Shown: positions 27,631 to 36,220 of the stretch, in pieces | Layout of the letters: every line of letters begins with the position of its first letter | Position numbering within the stretch: the stretch's first letter is position 1 | NCBI GenBank assembly: GCA_009779335.1 | Contig: WREM01000001.1 | Coordinates: 1 to 38,095, forward strand | DNA length: 38,095 bases | Reading direction: 5' to 3' | From: Streptococcaceae bacterium | GTDB lineage: Bacteria > Bacillota > Bacilli > Lactobacillales > Streptococcaceae | The notes under the pieces: generated by a model | The model's input: the letters and a program-made list of their open reading frames with translations, nothing else | The model's database searches: none | What the model was told of the DNA's origin: nothing | Made by a program: the position numbers and the translations under genes

Positions 27631-27810
27631 CTAACCCAACCCTAACAAGCGAACGACTAAAGCCGTGACAAAAACAGCTCCAACAAACGTGCACCACGTC
27701 GCCACAGCTGGAGAAATAGGCTCACGCTTTCTACCCACAGTGGCAATCGTGGCAAAAACACCTGCTATGTAAAGCACAGCAAAAGTCCAAAGTATAAAAG
27801 TAACCATCAT
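27631..27810 (-). CDS. Small two-helix membrane protein (59 aa)
   Basis: RBS AGGGAG; MMVTFILWTFAVLYIAGVFATIATVGRKREPISPAVATW...; not in the ORF track. Confidence 0.55.
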   Translation of the reverse strand: MMVTFILWTFAVLYIAGVFATIATVGRKREPISPAVATWCTFVGAVFVTALVVRLLGLG

Positions 27811-27829
27811 TTTTCACTCTCCCTTATTT

Positions 27830-28354
27830 TTAGAATGGCAAATCTTCATCTTTGATTTCCATAGGACTCCCACCAGGAGCCACCAGTTCTTCTGGTGCTT
27901 CCATAAGGTCATAATTACGATAAACCTTACCGTTTTTACCTGTATTTTCAGTAATAATCAGCGTGTACATTGAGCCAACCGCTTTACGATTCAAAGCATC
28001 ACACAGGGACTGACCGTCTTCAAAATCTGAGTTGAGGAGTTCATCCTCTGCCAGAATGACTGCTTTTTGGAAGAACTTTACCGTGCGTTCCAAAGCCCAC
28101 GACAGGTCTTTTCCGTTCCATTGGTCCACTGTTCCAAAATTGGCACGTTCTTCTTTTTCGTCAAATTCTCCACCAATCACTCTGAAGACATATCGGAGCA
28201 TTTCCCATCCGCTGTCTGATACATTAAATGACGCATTGTAGAGCATGACTGGATATTCTCCTGCTGGGATAGATTCAAATGAACCATTTGCTGAGTCTTT
28301 ACGAGCGTCAAATCCGCTCTCTTTGATTTCTTTTGCAATGTTTAATAGTGACAT
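27830..28354 (-). CDS. DUF669-like single-stranded DNA-binding protein
   Basis: IPAGEYPV, SDSGWEM, YRNYD, acidic C-terminus DEDLPF. Confidence 0.8.
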   Translation of the reverse strand: MSLLNIAKEIKESGFDARKDSANGSFESIPAGEYPVMLYNASFNVSDSGWEMLRYVFRVIGGEFDEKEERANFGTVDQWNGKDLSWALERTVKFFQKAVILAEDELLNSDFEDGQSLCDALNRKAVGSMYTLIITENTGKNGKVYRNYDLMEAPEELVAPGGSPMEIKDEDLPF

Positions 28355-28365
28355 GTTAGTCCTCC

Positions 28366-29079
28366 TTAAAATTTATCTTTTGTTTTTGGTGAATCGATTG
28401 CTCCACGAATGGTCGATAAGATTTTCAAAATATCCTTATCATCCACTTGGTCTGCTTTATAGACCTTACGCTTACGCTCGACTTTGCGATAATAGTTGTT
28501 ACCGATTTTCTCTGTTTGAACCATAAGATCGGAGTTTCCATTGACCAAATTGACAAACTTATCTTTGAGACTTGGTCGTGCTTTTGTGGCATTACCGTTT
28601 TCGTCATATTCGTTGACTTGGCGACTGATATAGATGACATTCATAGGCAGAGCCTTGAGGTCTAGCACTAATTCCGTAGTGGCTTGATTGAAATAGTCAT
28701 AGGCTTTGCCGTAAGGTACTTCAGACAATGATTTCACATTGAACTCATTACATACGGCAATACGGATCATCTCGAGGACGTCGTCAATAACATCGACGAC
28801 TACTGTTTTGTAGGTATGCTTTTGTGTTTGTAAGGCCAATAGAATTTCACCCACTTGTTCAATGATTGAGTGTGTGATTTTCCCTGTTTGGTCTTTTTCA
28901 TTGCGTAACTGAATCGCTGGCACAGTATTTGCTTCTGCATTTCCATCAGTGTTAAGCACTAATGGAGCGGGAAACTCATTGGCTAAGTAAGACTTACCGC
29001 TCATGGTTTCTCCATAGATGAAGAAATTGCGTGGCGTGTCTTTGGGTGTCATTGGTTTGTTATCAGGTAATTTGTACAT
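28366..29079 (-). CDS. AAA_24 / Sak4-like NTP-binding recombination protein
   Basis: FFIYGETMSGKS, LNTDGN, TVVVDVIDD. Confidence 0.8.
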   Translation of the reverse strand: MYKLPDNKPMTPKDTPRNFFIYGETMSGKSYLANEFPAPLVLNTDGNAEANTVPAIQLRNEKDQTGKITHSIIEQVGEILLALQTQKHTYKTVVVDVIDDVLEMIRIAVCNEFNVKSLSEVPYGKAYDYFNQATTELVLDLKALPMNVIYISRQVNEYDENGNATKARPSLKDKFVNLVNGNSDLMVQTEKIGNNYYRKVERKRKVYKADQVDDKDILKILSTIRGAIDSPKTKDKF

Positions 29080-29175
29080 TTTTCATGTCTCCTTTAATTT
29101 TTTTCGCAAATACAGTCCGATTTCTCGCAGTATTCGCAGATTTCGTATTTTTCCATTTCCATTTGGTAATACATA

Positions 29176-30378
29176 TCATTTGTGTCTTCCCAGTGCATGT
29201 AACCTCGTTTCTAAGTAGATTTTTTCATTAAAATCTTTCTTGTGCTCGAGTGCTTGCCAGACGGCCAACTCAATCGTTGCTTTTGTCTCGAATTGATAGA
29301 CCGTGACTTTTTGTGTTTGGCCATTGCGGTAAGCACGACCAAGACTCTGAGCATAATCTTGATAGCTGTATGTTGGGGTGTGATAAATAACAATAGTGGC
29401 GTACTGAAGTTCAATTCCTGCACCTCCTGCTTGATATTGGACGAAAGTGACTGAGTTTTTTAATCGATCACGTTCGTCATAAGATGGGAGCTTGACCGCT
29501 TTGCCGTGGACTTCAAAAATGGTTTTGTCTTTGATTTTTGACTTGAGATATTCCAGTTCTTTCGTGAACTGATAGAAAACAATAATGTTGTCTGTTGTCC
29601 CTTCAGCTAATTCCTTGATATACTCTGCTTTATCTTTGATATTGGCGTAATATCTGAACCCTGCTGCTAATTTTGGAGACGTATCAAAAGCCACATCATC
29701 AAGCACCTGGTCTTTTTCAATGATTTTGTACTCTTTAGATTTTTTGAAATTAATCTTTTGGAAAGTGATTTCTGGTAAATCCAAGGCATCATGTTTGCTG
29801 ATAGATGTACTGAAAGACGTGAACATTTGATTGAGCTCACTCTTTCTTCTGAAATCCACTACTTTTTTAATCACTCGTGATCCAAAGTGTAAGTTTTCAT
29901 AAATGGCATACCGAGCTAAAAACTGTGTCTTGTTTTTCGTCAATCCGAAAATCTTGAAGTAATTGATGGCATCTATCCAACCATTGCTGAGTAACGTGGC
30001 AGAGATTAGAACTGTTTCGGTTGATGTTTTAGAGAGCTGAAATCCTGCTTTCCCACGTTGACTGGTTGGATTTTTAATATAGTGAGCCTCATCAAATATC
30101 ACAAAATAATCAACAAACTCTTTCCAGCTCTTAGCTAGCTTTCCGTAAGATAAAAGAGTGTAGGTAATCTCAGGGTCTAACCGCTCAATTTCTCTTTGCC
30201 ATCCGCCACCTTTGATAACAGCAGGTGGGCAGACCACAAGTAATGGCTTGCCTTTGCCGTACAACTTATAATGGTGTAGGCTGACGAGTGTCTTCCCAGT
30301 CCCCGTGTCCATACCATAAGCCCAAGAGGGTTCTGCATTAGCAAGGGCTTGCTTTTGAAATTCATATAATTCGACCAA
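29176..30378 (-). CDS. SF2 (SNF2-like) helicase
   Basis: DTGTGKT, FDEAH, SAT, GAGIELQ, QSLGRAYRNGQ. Confidence 0.9.
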   Translation of the reverse strand: MVELYEFQKQALANAEPSWAYGMDTGTGKTLVSLHHYKLYGKGKPLLVVCPPAVIKGGGWQREIERLDPEITYTLLSYGKLAKSWKEFVDYFVIFDEAHYIKNPTSQRGKAGFQLSKTSTETVLISATLLSNGWIDAINYFKIFGLTKNKTQFLARYAIYENLHFGSRVIKKVVDFRRKSELNQMFTSFSTSISKHDALDLPEITFQKINFKKSKEYKIIEKDQVLDDVAFDTSPKLAAGFRYYANIKDKAEYIKELAEGTTDNIIVFYQFTKELEYLKSKIKDKTIFEVHGKAVKLPSYDERDRLKNSVTFVQYQAGGAGIELQYATIVIYHTPTYSYQDYAQSLGRAYRNGQTQKVTVYQFETKATIELAVWQALEHKKDFNEKIYLETRLHALGRHK

Positions 30379-30655
30379 TCAAATCCTCCACCTCTTCCAA
30401 ACTTTGAACCACATGGGCTTCACCTCCTGCACTACGGATTTTCAAAATATGATGTATTTGCAATTTGCTCACCCGTCCTTTATCATCTGGACGCTTGACT
30501 TCAAAGGCGACAAATTTTCCAGATATACAAGCGAGAATGTCAGGTGTCCCATTTGGCGTTCCAGGCGTACCTCCAAGTGTTTTAATAAAGTACGCCCCTT
30601 TACTTTTCAGGTACTTTTTAATTTTGTTTTCAAGTGCTTTTTCAGGACCTGCCAT
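30362..30655 (-). CDS. VRR-NUC domain nuclease
   Basis: EKALENKIKKYL, GTPDIL, AFEVKRP, SKLQ. Confidence 0.85.
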   Translation of the reverse strand: MAGPEKALENKIKKYLKSKGAYFIKTLGGTPGTPNGTPDILACISGKFVAFEVKRPDDKGRVSKLQIHHILKIRSAGGEAHVVQSLEEVEDLIGRII

Positions 30656-31140
30656 TATCGAATCCTCAAACTTTCACCTTGCTCCAAGTGGCAACCTGGG
30701 ACTACTTTACCTATCTTCAAATCTTCAAGTAGTTTTTTCTTATCGAGCTTACGGATTGTTTCTTCACTGAAATAATCAGAGAAGATTTTCTTTTCATCCG
30801 TCACTGCTACTTTCTGAGGATTGTTTTGAAGATTGAAGCTGTTTTTTAAGGTCTTAAATTTCGGCTTGTCAATAGCTCTCATTGCACTATGTAGGTATTC
30901 TCTGAGTGATAACCGACGATTTTGAAGTGAATTTTTGCGATTCTTCATGCGTTCAATTTCTTTCTCCAAGCCGTCCTCGTCATTTTGTAAAGACCGCATC
31001 AGTGCTGCGATATTGTCTGCTTTATCTTCAAATGCACCTTCAATGGCTTCTAAAGTATCGTGTATGACCTCTTGGTCAAACTCGTCCATCTGAAGCACTT
31101 TGAGATAATCATCTGTGAGTTGAAATAAGGTTTGTGTCAT
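30655..31140 (-). CDS. Siphovirus Gp157 family protein
   Basis: TLFQLTDDY, DTLEAIEGAFEDKADN, KLDKKKL..DLK.G..VPGCHL....LRIR. Confidence 0.85.
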   Translation of the reverse strand: MTQTLFQLTDDYLKVLQMDEFDQEVIHDTLEAIEGAFEDKADNIAALMRSLQNDEDGLEKEIERMKNRKNSLQNRRLSLREYLHSAMRAIDKPKFKTLKNSFNLQNNPQKVAVTDEKKIFSDYFSEETIRKLDKKKLLEDLKIGKVVPGCHLEQGESLRIR

Positions 31141-31288
31141 GATGTTCCTCCTTTGGGGTTTCTTTTAATTTAACCCCTGCTATTTGGGCTAAAATGCGAT
31201 AAAACTGCTCTGTGTCTTTGTTATACGGCAACTCGCCGTCTAGTGATTCTCTTGTCTTGCCACTTTTCATAACATGAACAATCTTCAC
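31109..31288 (-). CDS. Small early phage protein (59 aa)
   Basis: GTG right after the cro stop, RBS GGAGG; VKIVHVMKSGKTRESLDGELPYNKDTEQFYRILAQIAG...; not in the ORF track. Confidence 0.6.
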   Translation of the reverse strand: MKIVHVMKSGKTRESLDGELPYNKDTEQFYRILAQIAGVKLKETPKEEHHDTNLISTHR

Positions 31289-31555
31289 TTAAAATCCTCC
31301 CTTTCGACGCATAAGTTCATTAAAAGCGGACTCATCGCCGAAAAAAATCTGCTCAGTGCTCACACTGTATGTTTGTGCTATGAATTGAGCTTGATAGTGT
31401 TTCATATTGCTGCTGTCCTTCTCCCAGGTGGCAAGTGTAGTTGAACTAATGCCTAACTTGTCCGCCACTTCTTCCTGCGTCACATTGAGCCGCTTTCGCA
31501 AACTAGACAGCGTATGCAGGCGTTCAGGTCTCACAATTTCATTGACATTTAACAT
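31289..31555 (-). CDS. Cro-like XRE HTH regulator
   Basis: LRKRLNVTQEEVADKLGISSTTLATWEKD; divergent from CI. Alternative start TTG at 31591. Confidence 0.85.
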   Translation of the reverse strand: MLNVNEIVRPERLHTLSSLRKRLNVTQEEVADKLGISSTTLATWEKDSSNMKHYQAQFIAQTYSVSTEQIFFGDESAFNELMRRKGGF

Positions 31556-31627
31556 CTTTGACCTCCTTCTTGTTTTATTCATATCCTCCAAGGGTTTTCA
31601 CCTCTCCTTCCAATTTTTTACATTTTC

Positions 31628-31753
31628 ATTATAATTCACTTAAAGTTAATCTCCAAATAATCTAAGAAAATCCTAAGAAAATAATTGCTTTTTTCTTTTT
31701 TCTGTGTCTCACCATAAGTTCCCATTGACTAAAGTTTACTTTCCGTGTATTCT
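31628..31753. promoter_or_regulatory. Divergent lysis/lysogeny switch promoters with operator-like dyad
   Basis: Minus: TTGGAG-17-TATAAT (31628-31656), whose spacer ATTCACTTAAAGTTAAT is a near-palindrome. Plus: TTGACT-17-TATTCT (31725-31753). Confidence 0.6.
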
Positions 31754-31773
31754 AAAAATAGGGTGGTGAGAAT

Positions 31774-32109
31774 ATGAGCGTTGACTTAATTAAAATCGTC
31801 GCTGAAAATTTGACCTATTTGAAAGAAAAAAATAACGTGACCAACGTAGAAATCGCTGATAAGCTAGGCGTTTCAAAATCCGCAGTGTCCGAGTGGATCA
31901 ATCAAAAAAAGATGCCTCGACGTGGGGCAATCTTAGAGTTGGCCAATTTTTTTAAGGTGACGACAAATGAAATCCTAACGCCTTTAGGTGAACAAAATCA
32001 GAGAGACCTTAATCGATTCATTGACATTGCTAAAACATATAAAGGCAATGAACTGACCCCAAGAGACAAAAAATTCATCAAAAAATTACTAGACGGTATT
32101 TTTGAATAA
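31774..32109 (+). CDS. CI-like XRE repressor (no peptidase domain)
   Basis: IADKLGVSKSAVSEWINQKKMPR HTH; 111 aa; upstream of the integrase. Confidence 0.85.
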   Translation: MSVDLIKIVAENLTYLKEKNNVTNVEIADKLGVSKSAVSEWINQKKMPRRGAILELANFFKVTTNEILTPLGEQNQRDLNRFIDIAKTYKGNELTPRDKKFIKKLLDGIFE

Positions 32110-32125
32110 AGGAGAGTGATGAAGC

Positions 32126-33556
32126 GTGAAAAAAATGGCGGGTTATACCCGTGTCAGCACGCTTGAACAAAAAGAAGAGGGTTATTCCCTCGAAATGCAA
32201 CAAGAACGCATGGACGGCTTCTGCAAAGCCAAAGGCTGGAAGCTCGTCAAAATCTTTGAAGACGGTGGCAATTCAGGTAAAGACCTCAATCGTCCAGAAA
32301 TGCAAAAACTAATTAGCGATTGCGAGGCTGGGCGATATGATGCCGTGATTGTTTATAAACTCGACCGACTCAGTCGAAGCCAAAAAGACACCCTCTATCT
32401 CATCGAGGATGTCTTTCTAAAAAACAATATTGAGTTTGTCAGTGTCCAAGAATCCATTGATACCAGTACACCTGTTGGACGTGCCATGATTGGTATATTA
32501 TCTGCTTTCGCTCAGTTAGAGCGAGAACAAATCAAGGAACGGATGCAGATGGGGAAGATTGGACGCATGAAAAAAGGTAAGCCAGCCTGTTGGGCAACGC
32601 CGCCTTTTGGATATACTTACACTAAGGGAGACGACGCTTTGCGATTGACAGAATACGCACCCATCGTCAAAAAAATGTATGAAGACTATTTGGCAGGTCA
32701 ACCTCAAGCTAAAATACTTGAACAATTAAACGCCGAGGGACACATCGGCAAAAAACAACCGTGGGCTTATAAGGTTATTAGAGACGTCTTATCGTGCATC
32801 ACATATACTGGGGTGGTTACATATCGAGGGGAGGTATTCAAGGGCAACCACGAGGCTATTATTGACAAGGAGACGTTTGATAAGACACAGATAGAAATGG
32901 AACGCCGTCAAAAAGAAGCCTATGCCAAGTACAATATGACACGACCTTTTCAATCCAAATATTTATTATCAGGACTTCTCTATTGTGGACTTTGTGATTC
33001 GAGTTTCACTATTGGCTTACGCAGTTTACACAAAGACGGCACACGTAAGAAATTTTATTTTTGTACCAACTCTAAAAAGAGTGTGCACGGTAGTTGGAGA
33101 AAAACCAATGATTGTCAGGCTAAAAAATACGACCTTTATGAACTGGAAGAAAATATCCTCCAGCAACTTGAAGCCATTCGGACAAAAAAGGTGGACTTTG
33201 GAGCAGACCAGGAACGCAAGGATGAAAAAGAAAGAATCAAACTACTTGAGAAACAAAAAAAGAAGCTGGATAACCAGCTCAAGCGATTGGTAGATTTGTA
33301 CGTGGACGATAAAATCAGATTGGATGTGCTCGATGCCAAACGTGACAAAATCGATCAGGAAATGGCCATTATTGATAAGCAGTTGCAACCGACAAAGCGA
33401 ATTGATAAATCAGAAGTCTTGGCCAAAATAACCACACTCAAGCAGGACGTTCGCAAGATGGACTATGACGAATTGAAGAAATTACTGCGTTCTCTCATTA
33501 AAAAAATCACCTTGAAAGGCGATGAAATGAAGATCCAGTGGGTTTTTGACTTATAG
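32126..33556 (+). CDS. int: Large serine integrase (TP901-1/A118-like)
   Basis: YTRVST, VYKLDRLSRS, AFAQLEREQIKER, PPFGY, zinc ribbon LLSGLLYCGLC...YFC...C, coiled coil. Confidence 0.95.
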   Translation: MKKMAGYTRVSTLEQKEEGYSLEMQQERMDGFCKAKGWKLVKIFEDGGNSGKDLNRPEMQKLISDCEAGRYDAVIVYKLDRLSRSQKDTLYLIEDVFLKNNIEFVSVQESIDTSTPVGRAMIGILSAFAQLEREQIKERMQMGKIGRMKKGKPACWATPPFGYTYTKGDDALRLTEYAPIVKKMYEDYLAGQPQAKILEQLNAEGHIGKKQPWAYKVIRDVLSCITYTGVVTYRGEVFKGNHEAIIDKETFDKTQIEMERRQKEAYAKYNMTRPFQSKYLLSGLLYCGLCDSSFTIGLRSLHKDGTRKKFYFCTNSKKSVHGSWRKTNDCQAKKYDLYELEENILQQLEAIRTKKVDFGADQERKDEKERIKLLEKQKKKLDNQLKRLVDLYVDDKIRLDVLDAKRDKIDQEMAIIDKQLQPTKRIDKSEVLAKITTLKQDVRKMDYDELKKLLRSLIKKITLKGDEMKIQWVFDL

Positions 33557-33597
33557 GGTAAATCCAATGACAACCATTGATATGACTGTCAGTAAAT

Positions 33598-33831
33598 TTA
33601 CTGTTTTTCTTCTTCTATCTTGTCTATCAGTTCTAAAGCCATTTGAGCTGTAATTCTCGCCTTACTATCTGTTGTTTCGTCCAAAATTTTTCTCAGACTA
33701 GCAATGGCTATGGAATATTTTTTGTATAAATCTTCATCTGTTTTGAGAGGTTTCCCATTCAGCTCTTTAGATATGACTACTTCTAGTGCTCTATATTTCA
33801 TAATAGGCGTAGAATATTCTCTATCACTCAT
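33598..33831 (-). CDS. Hypothetical protein
   Basis: RBS AAGGA; operonic with the upstream gene. Confidence 0.55.
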   Translation of the reverse strand: MSDREYSTPIMKYRALEVVISKELNGKPLKTDEDLYKKYSIAIASLRKILDETTDSKARITAQMALELIDKIEEEKQ

Positions 33832-33835
33832 TGTT

Positions 33836-34240
33836 TTAGTATTCCTTTTTCTTCAACTGCTCAACGATACTTTCCAACTCTGCTGTTACAAAGGCTTCAT
33901 CTTTGTAAGTGCTAAGGAAAGACTCCCGACCTATTCTTTCTCCCACCCTATCAAGAGATGCTGGAACAATATCCGTAGCATGGCCGCAGTCAAAGCCTAT
34001 CCATGTACCCTTAAAATCTAAAAGCTCACCTTCAAAAGTGATTCCACCATGGCAGTCAATGATGTCATTTGTATAAAAGTAATTCTTTTTCCATTGTTGT
34101 TTGAGCTGTACGTAACCACAAAGATGACCCAATGTTGGTATTCTATGTATAGCGACATTATAGCCGTCAATTTCAAATATTTTTAAGGACTTACCATCTA
34201 GTTCTTCGTCCATGATGGATTTTAGTTCTTCATATTTCAT
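33836..34240 (-). CDS. Hypothetical protein of a phage/plasmid family (GHLCGYV...HGGITF...WIGFDCGH)
   Basis: Conserved-looking Cys/His motifs; probably leaderless. Confidence 0.7.
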   Translation of the reverse strand: MKYEELKSIMDEELDGKSLKIFEIDGYNVAIHRIPTLGHLCGYVQLKQQWKKNYFYTNDIIDCHGGITFEGELLDFKGTWIGFDCGHATDIVPASLDRVGERIGRESFLSTYKDEAFVTAELESIVEQLKKKEY

Positions 34241-34268
34241 AGCTCTATTTTAACATAAAAATTACTCT

Positions 34269-34309
34269 TGACATTCATTTGCATATACTATAAAATAAAG
34301 TTACGTAAC
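34269..34309 (+). promoter_or_regulatory. TA operon promoter with operator palindrome
   Basis: TTGACA-17-TAAAAT; palindrome GTTACGTAAC at 34300-34309. Confidence 0.7.
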
Positions 34310-34340
34310 ACTTTACTTAAAATATATGGAGGACAAATAT

Positions 34341-34592
34341 ATGGAAAATACAGCACCAGTTTCAGATTTGAGATCATATAATCAAACCTTAAGCGACGTT
34401 AGGGAAGGTTCACACCTTGTTTTAACAAAAAACGGTAAGGCCAAGTACGCTGTACTTGATATTGATGAGTACAAAAAAACACAAGCTACAATACAATTTT
34501 TCAAGGAAATGCAAAAAGGCTATGACTCCTTAAAAAATGAGCCATTAGTGGATCATGATGAATTGATGCAAGAGTTGAGAAGTTTAGCATGA
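34341..34592 (+). CDS. Phd/YefM family antitoxin
   Basis: PVSDLRSYNQTL...LTKNGKAKYAVLDIDEY; start ATG 34341 after GGAGG. Confidence 0.85.
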   Translation: MENTAPVSDLRSYNQTLSDVREGSHLVLTKNGKAKYAVLDIDEYKKTQATIQFFKEMQKGYDSLKNEPLVDHDELMQELRSLA

Positions 34593-34906
34593 GTTACATT
34601 GTACATGAGTCTCAACAATTCAGAAGAGACACTAGAGAAGCTGTTTATTATAAAAAAATAAATGGTACATTCAAAAGAAATATTGATAAATTTATTGACT
34701 CTATTGATAAAACCGTTTTAGAGCGATTAAAAGAAAGTCCTGGAAGTGGCTCAAATGTAGCTGCAAGGATAGACTTAGAAACAAAATTAAAATATATACC
34801 GATTGATGATTACTTACTCTTTTATGAAATTAAATCAAAAAATACGGTAGAAATCGTCAGATTCTTGCCAGGCAAAAGCGATTGGATAAATACACTTTTT
34901 AACTAA
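34589..34906 (+). CDS. RelE/ParE family toxin
   Basis: ATGA overlap with the antitoxin; LKESPGSG, YLLFYEI...VEIVRFL. Confidence 0.8.
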   Translation: MSYIVHESQQFRRDTREAVYYKKINGTFKRNIDKFIDSIDKTVLERLKESPGSGSNVAARIDLETKLKYIPIDDYLLFYEIKSKNTVEIVRFLPGKSDWINTLFN

Positions 34907-34915
34907 AAAGAGCTA

Positions 34916-35044
34916 TTACAGCTCTTTTTCTTCTCCCTTACAATCTTCACACTTTCGAGGGTAACCACCGACTTCTGAATCTATAAATGAGCCACATCTT
35001 TCGCACAAATACCCTTCGATAACTAAATCAACTACTTCGTCCAT
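34916..35044 (-). CDS. Small zinc-ribbon protein (42 aa)
   Basis: Start reassigned to ATG 35044 after AGGAG; CERC...CEDC. Confidence 0.6.
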   Translation of the reverse strand: MDEVVDLVIEGYLCERCGSFIDSEVGGYPRKCEDCKGEEKEL

Positions 35045-35054
35045 TTTTATTCTC

Positions 35055-35519
35055 CTATTCTCCAAAAAGTCGAGCAAAGAATCCTTTGCTTTTTTGATGC
35101 TCGAGCTCTTCATAATCTAGCTGTAATTGCTCATTTTTTTCAAGTGCTTTATTAAAATTTGCATTAGCCGTGGCAACATTGAAATTAGCTTGCTCTATAA
35201 GTTCTACAAATTTAGCACTTTCTTCATGTGCTTTAATTTGGTAGTTTTCAATCTGCTTTTCAAGTAGTGCATTTCTATCTTTTAATTCCTGTATAACATC
35301 ATTTGAGTTCATACGTTCATAGGTACTTTGATAAGTAGCCTGCTTTTCTATAAACATAGATTTTAATTGATCTTGCTCGCTATCTGAAAAGTATCTGATT
35401 CCATCTTGAATAGTACCTAATTCAGTACCTTTACGTCTCAGATAATATACTTTATTTTCAAGTGCACGTTTTTCAATCCCAATTTCTCGAGATAGTTCTA
35501 ATAGTGTTTTATTTGCCAT
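35055..35519 (-). CDS. RocS/DUF536-like DNA- and membrane-binding segregation protein
   Basis: N-terminal HTH (KTLLELSREIGIEK), coiled coil, C-terminal amphipathic helix KSKGFFARLFGE. Confidence 0.75.
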   Translation of the reverse strand: MANKTLLELSREIGIEKRALENKVYYLRRKGTELGTIQDGIRYFSDSEQDQLKSMFIEKQATYQSTYERMNSNDVIQELKDRNALLEKQIENYQIKAHEESAKFVELIEQANFNVATANANFNKALEKNEQLQLDYEELEHQKSKGFFARLFGE

Positions 35520-35535
35520 ACTTTAATTTTATCAA

Positions 35536-35568
35536 AAAAGTACATGAAAAGCACATGATAAGCACTTT
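35536..35568. repeat. Three imperfect 11 bp direct repeats in the promoter of the RocS-like gene
   Basis: AAAAGTACATG AAAAGCACATG ATAAGCACTTT. Confidence 0.55.
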
Positions 35569-35584
35569 ACAATAATTAAAATTA

Positions 35585-36065
35585 TGTAAAATAAAAGTTT
35601 TTGTCTATGTGAAGTCTTTCACAATATGATACCAATCGGTAACTGATTTCGGAGCTTGAAGCGAGTCTCCACCCTAAGTCTCTTAAAAAATTAAAAAACT
35701 CAGGCGAGTGTTCAATCGTATAACTCGATACGTCACTCTTGCTCGTCTTGATTTTACGCTCACGTTTCCCTTGCAACCTTTTGATAGGTAATCAAGCCTC
35801 TCCACCTATTGGTGGAACGCTTCCGTCCCAGACCTTTTTGTATATCAACGAGGATGTCTTCTCCATACCAGAGGTGAAACTTAACATAGTACAAAATAGC
35901 TTGTATTCACGAGATAGCAGCACAACTAACTGAAACGCCCCCATTCTAGGCGTATGATGCTACTATACGGGCAAGTTTCTGTGATTGCTAGGCTTTCCTT
36001 ACCTCTATCGTGTTATTCCTCTATCAGTGATCACCATTACATAGACTCATCAACATATTCAATTT
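35585..36065 (-). ncRNA. Large structured ncRNA, ROOL-like
   Basis: Terminal helix GTCTATGT (36039-36046) / ACATAGAC (35603-35610); many internal hairpins; GC higher than flanks; no credible ORF. The family call is from recalled resemblance to ROOL RNAs. Confidence 0.65.
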
Positions 36066-36130
36066 TAAGCGTCAAAAAAATCAAGGAAGCAGTCCCTTGA
36101 TTGTTATATATTTTGCTTAATATTCAATAT

Positions 36131-36220
36131 TTGACATTATATCTTTTTTTGATATAATAAAGGTACAAATAAAGAAATATTAAGCAACAACAATCTTGGC
36201 GGAGGGTAGTTGCTTTTTCT
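36131..36220 (+). ncRNA. Promoter plus short countertranscript-like RNA
   Basis: TTGACA-16-TATAAT with extended TG (36131-36158); hairpin AAGCAAC...TCTTGGCGGA...GTTGCTT+T-run. Confidence 0.5.

Larger units (their letters stand above)
1350..33580. mobile_element. Temperate siphovirus prophage (A118-like morphogenesis genes, large serine integrase); boundaries approximate
   Basis: Complete gene order lysin-holin-tail-head-terminase-late activator-replication-cro/cI-integrase, with non-phage genes on both flanks. Confidence 0.9.

Noticed and set aside
35582-35933. Two 64 aa ORFs in the structured region
   Set aside because: No RBS, atypical composition; better explained as ncRNA.
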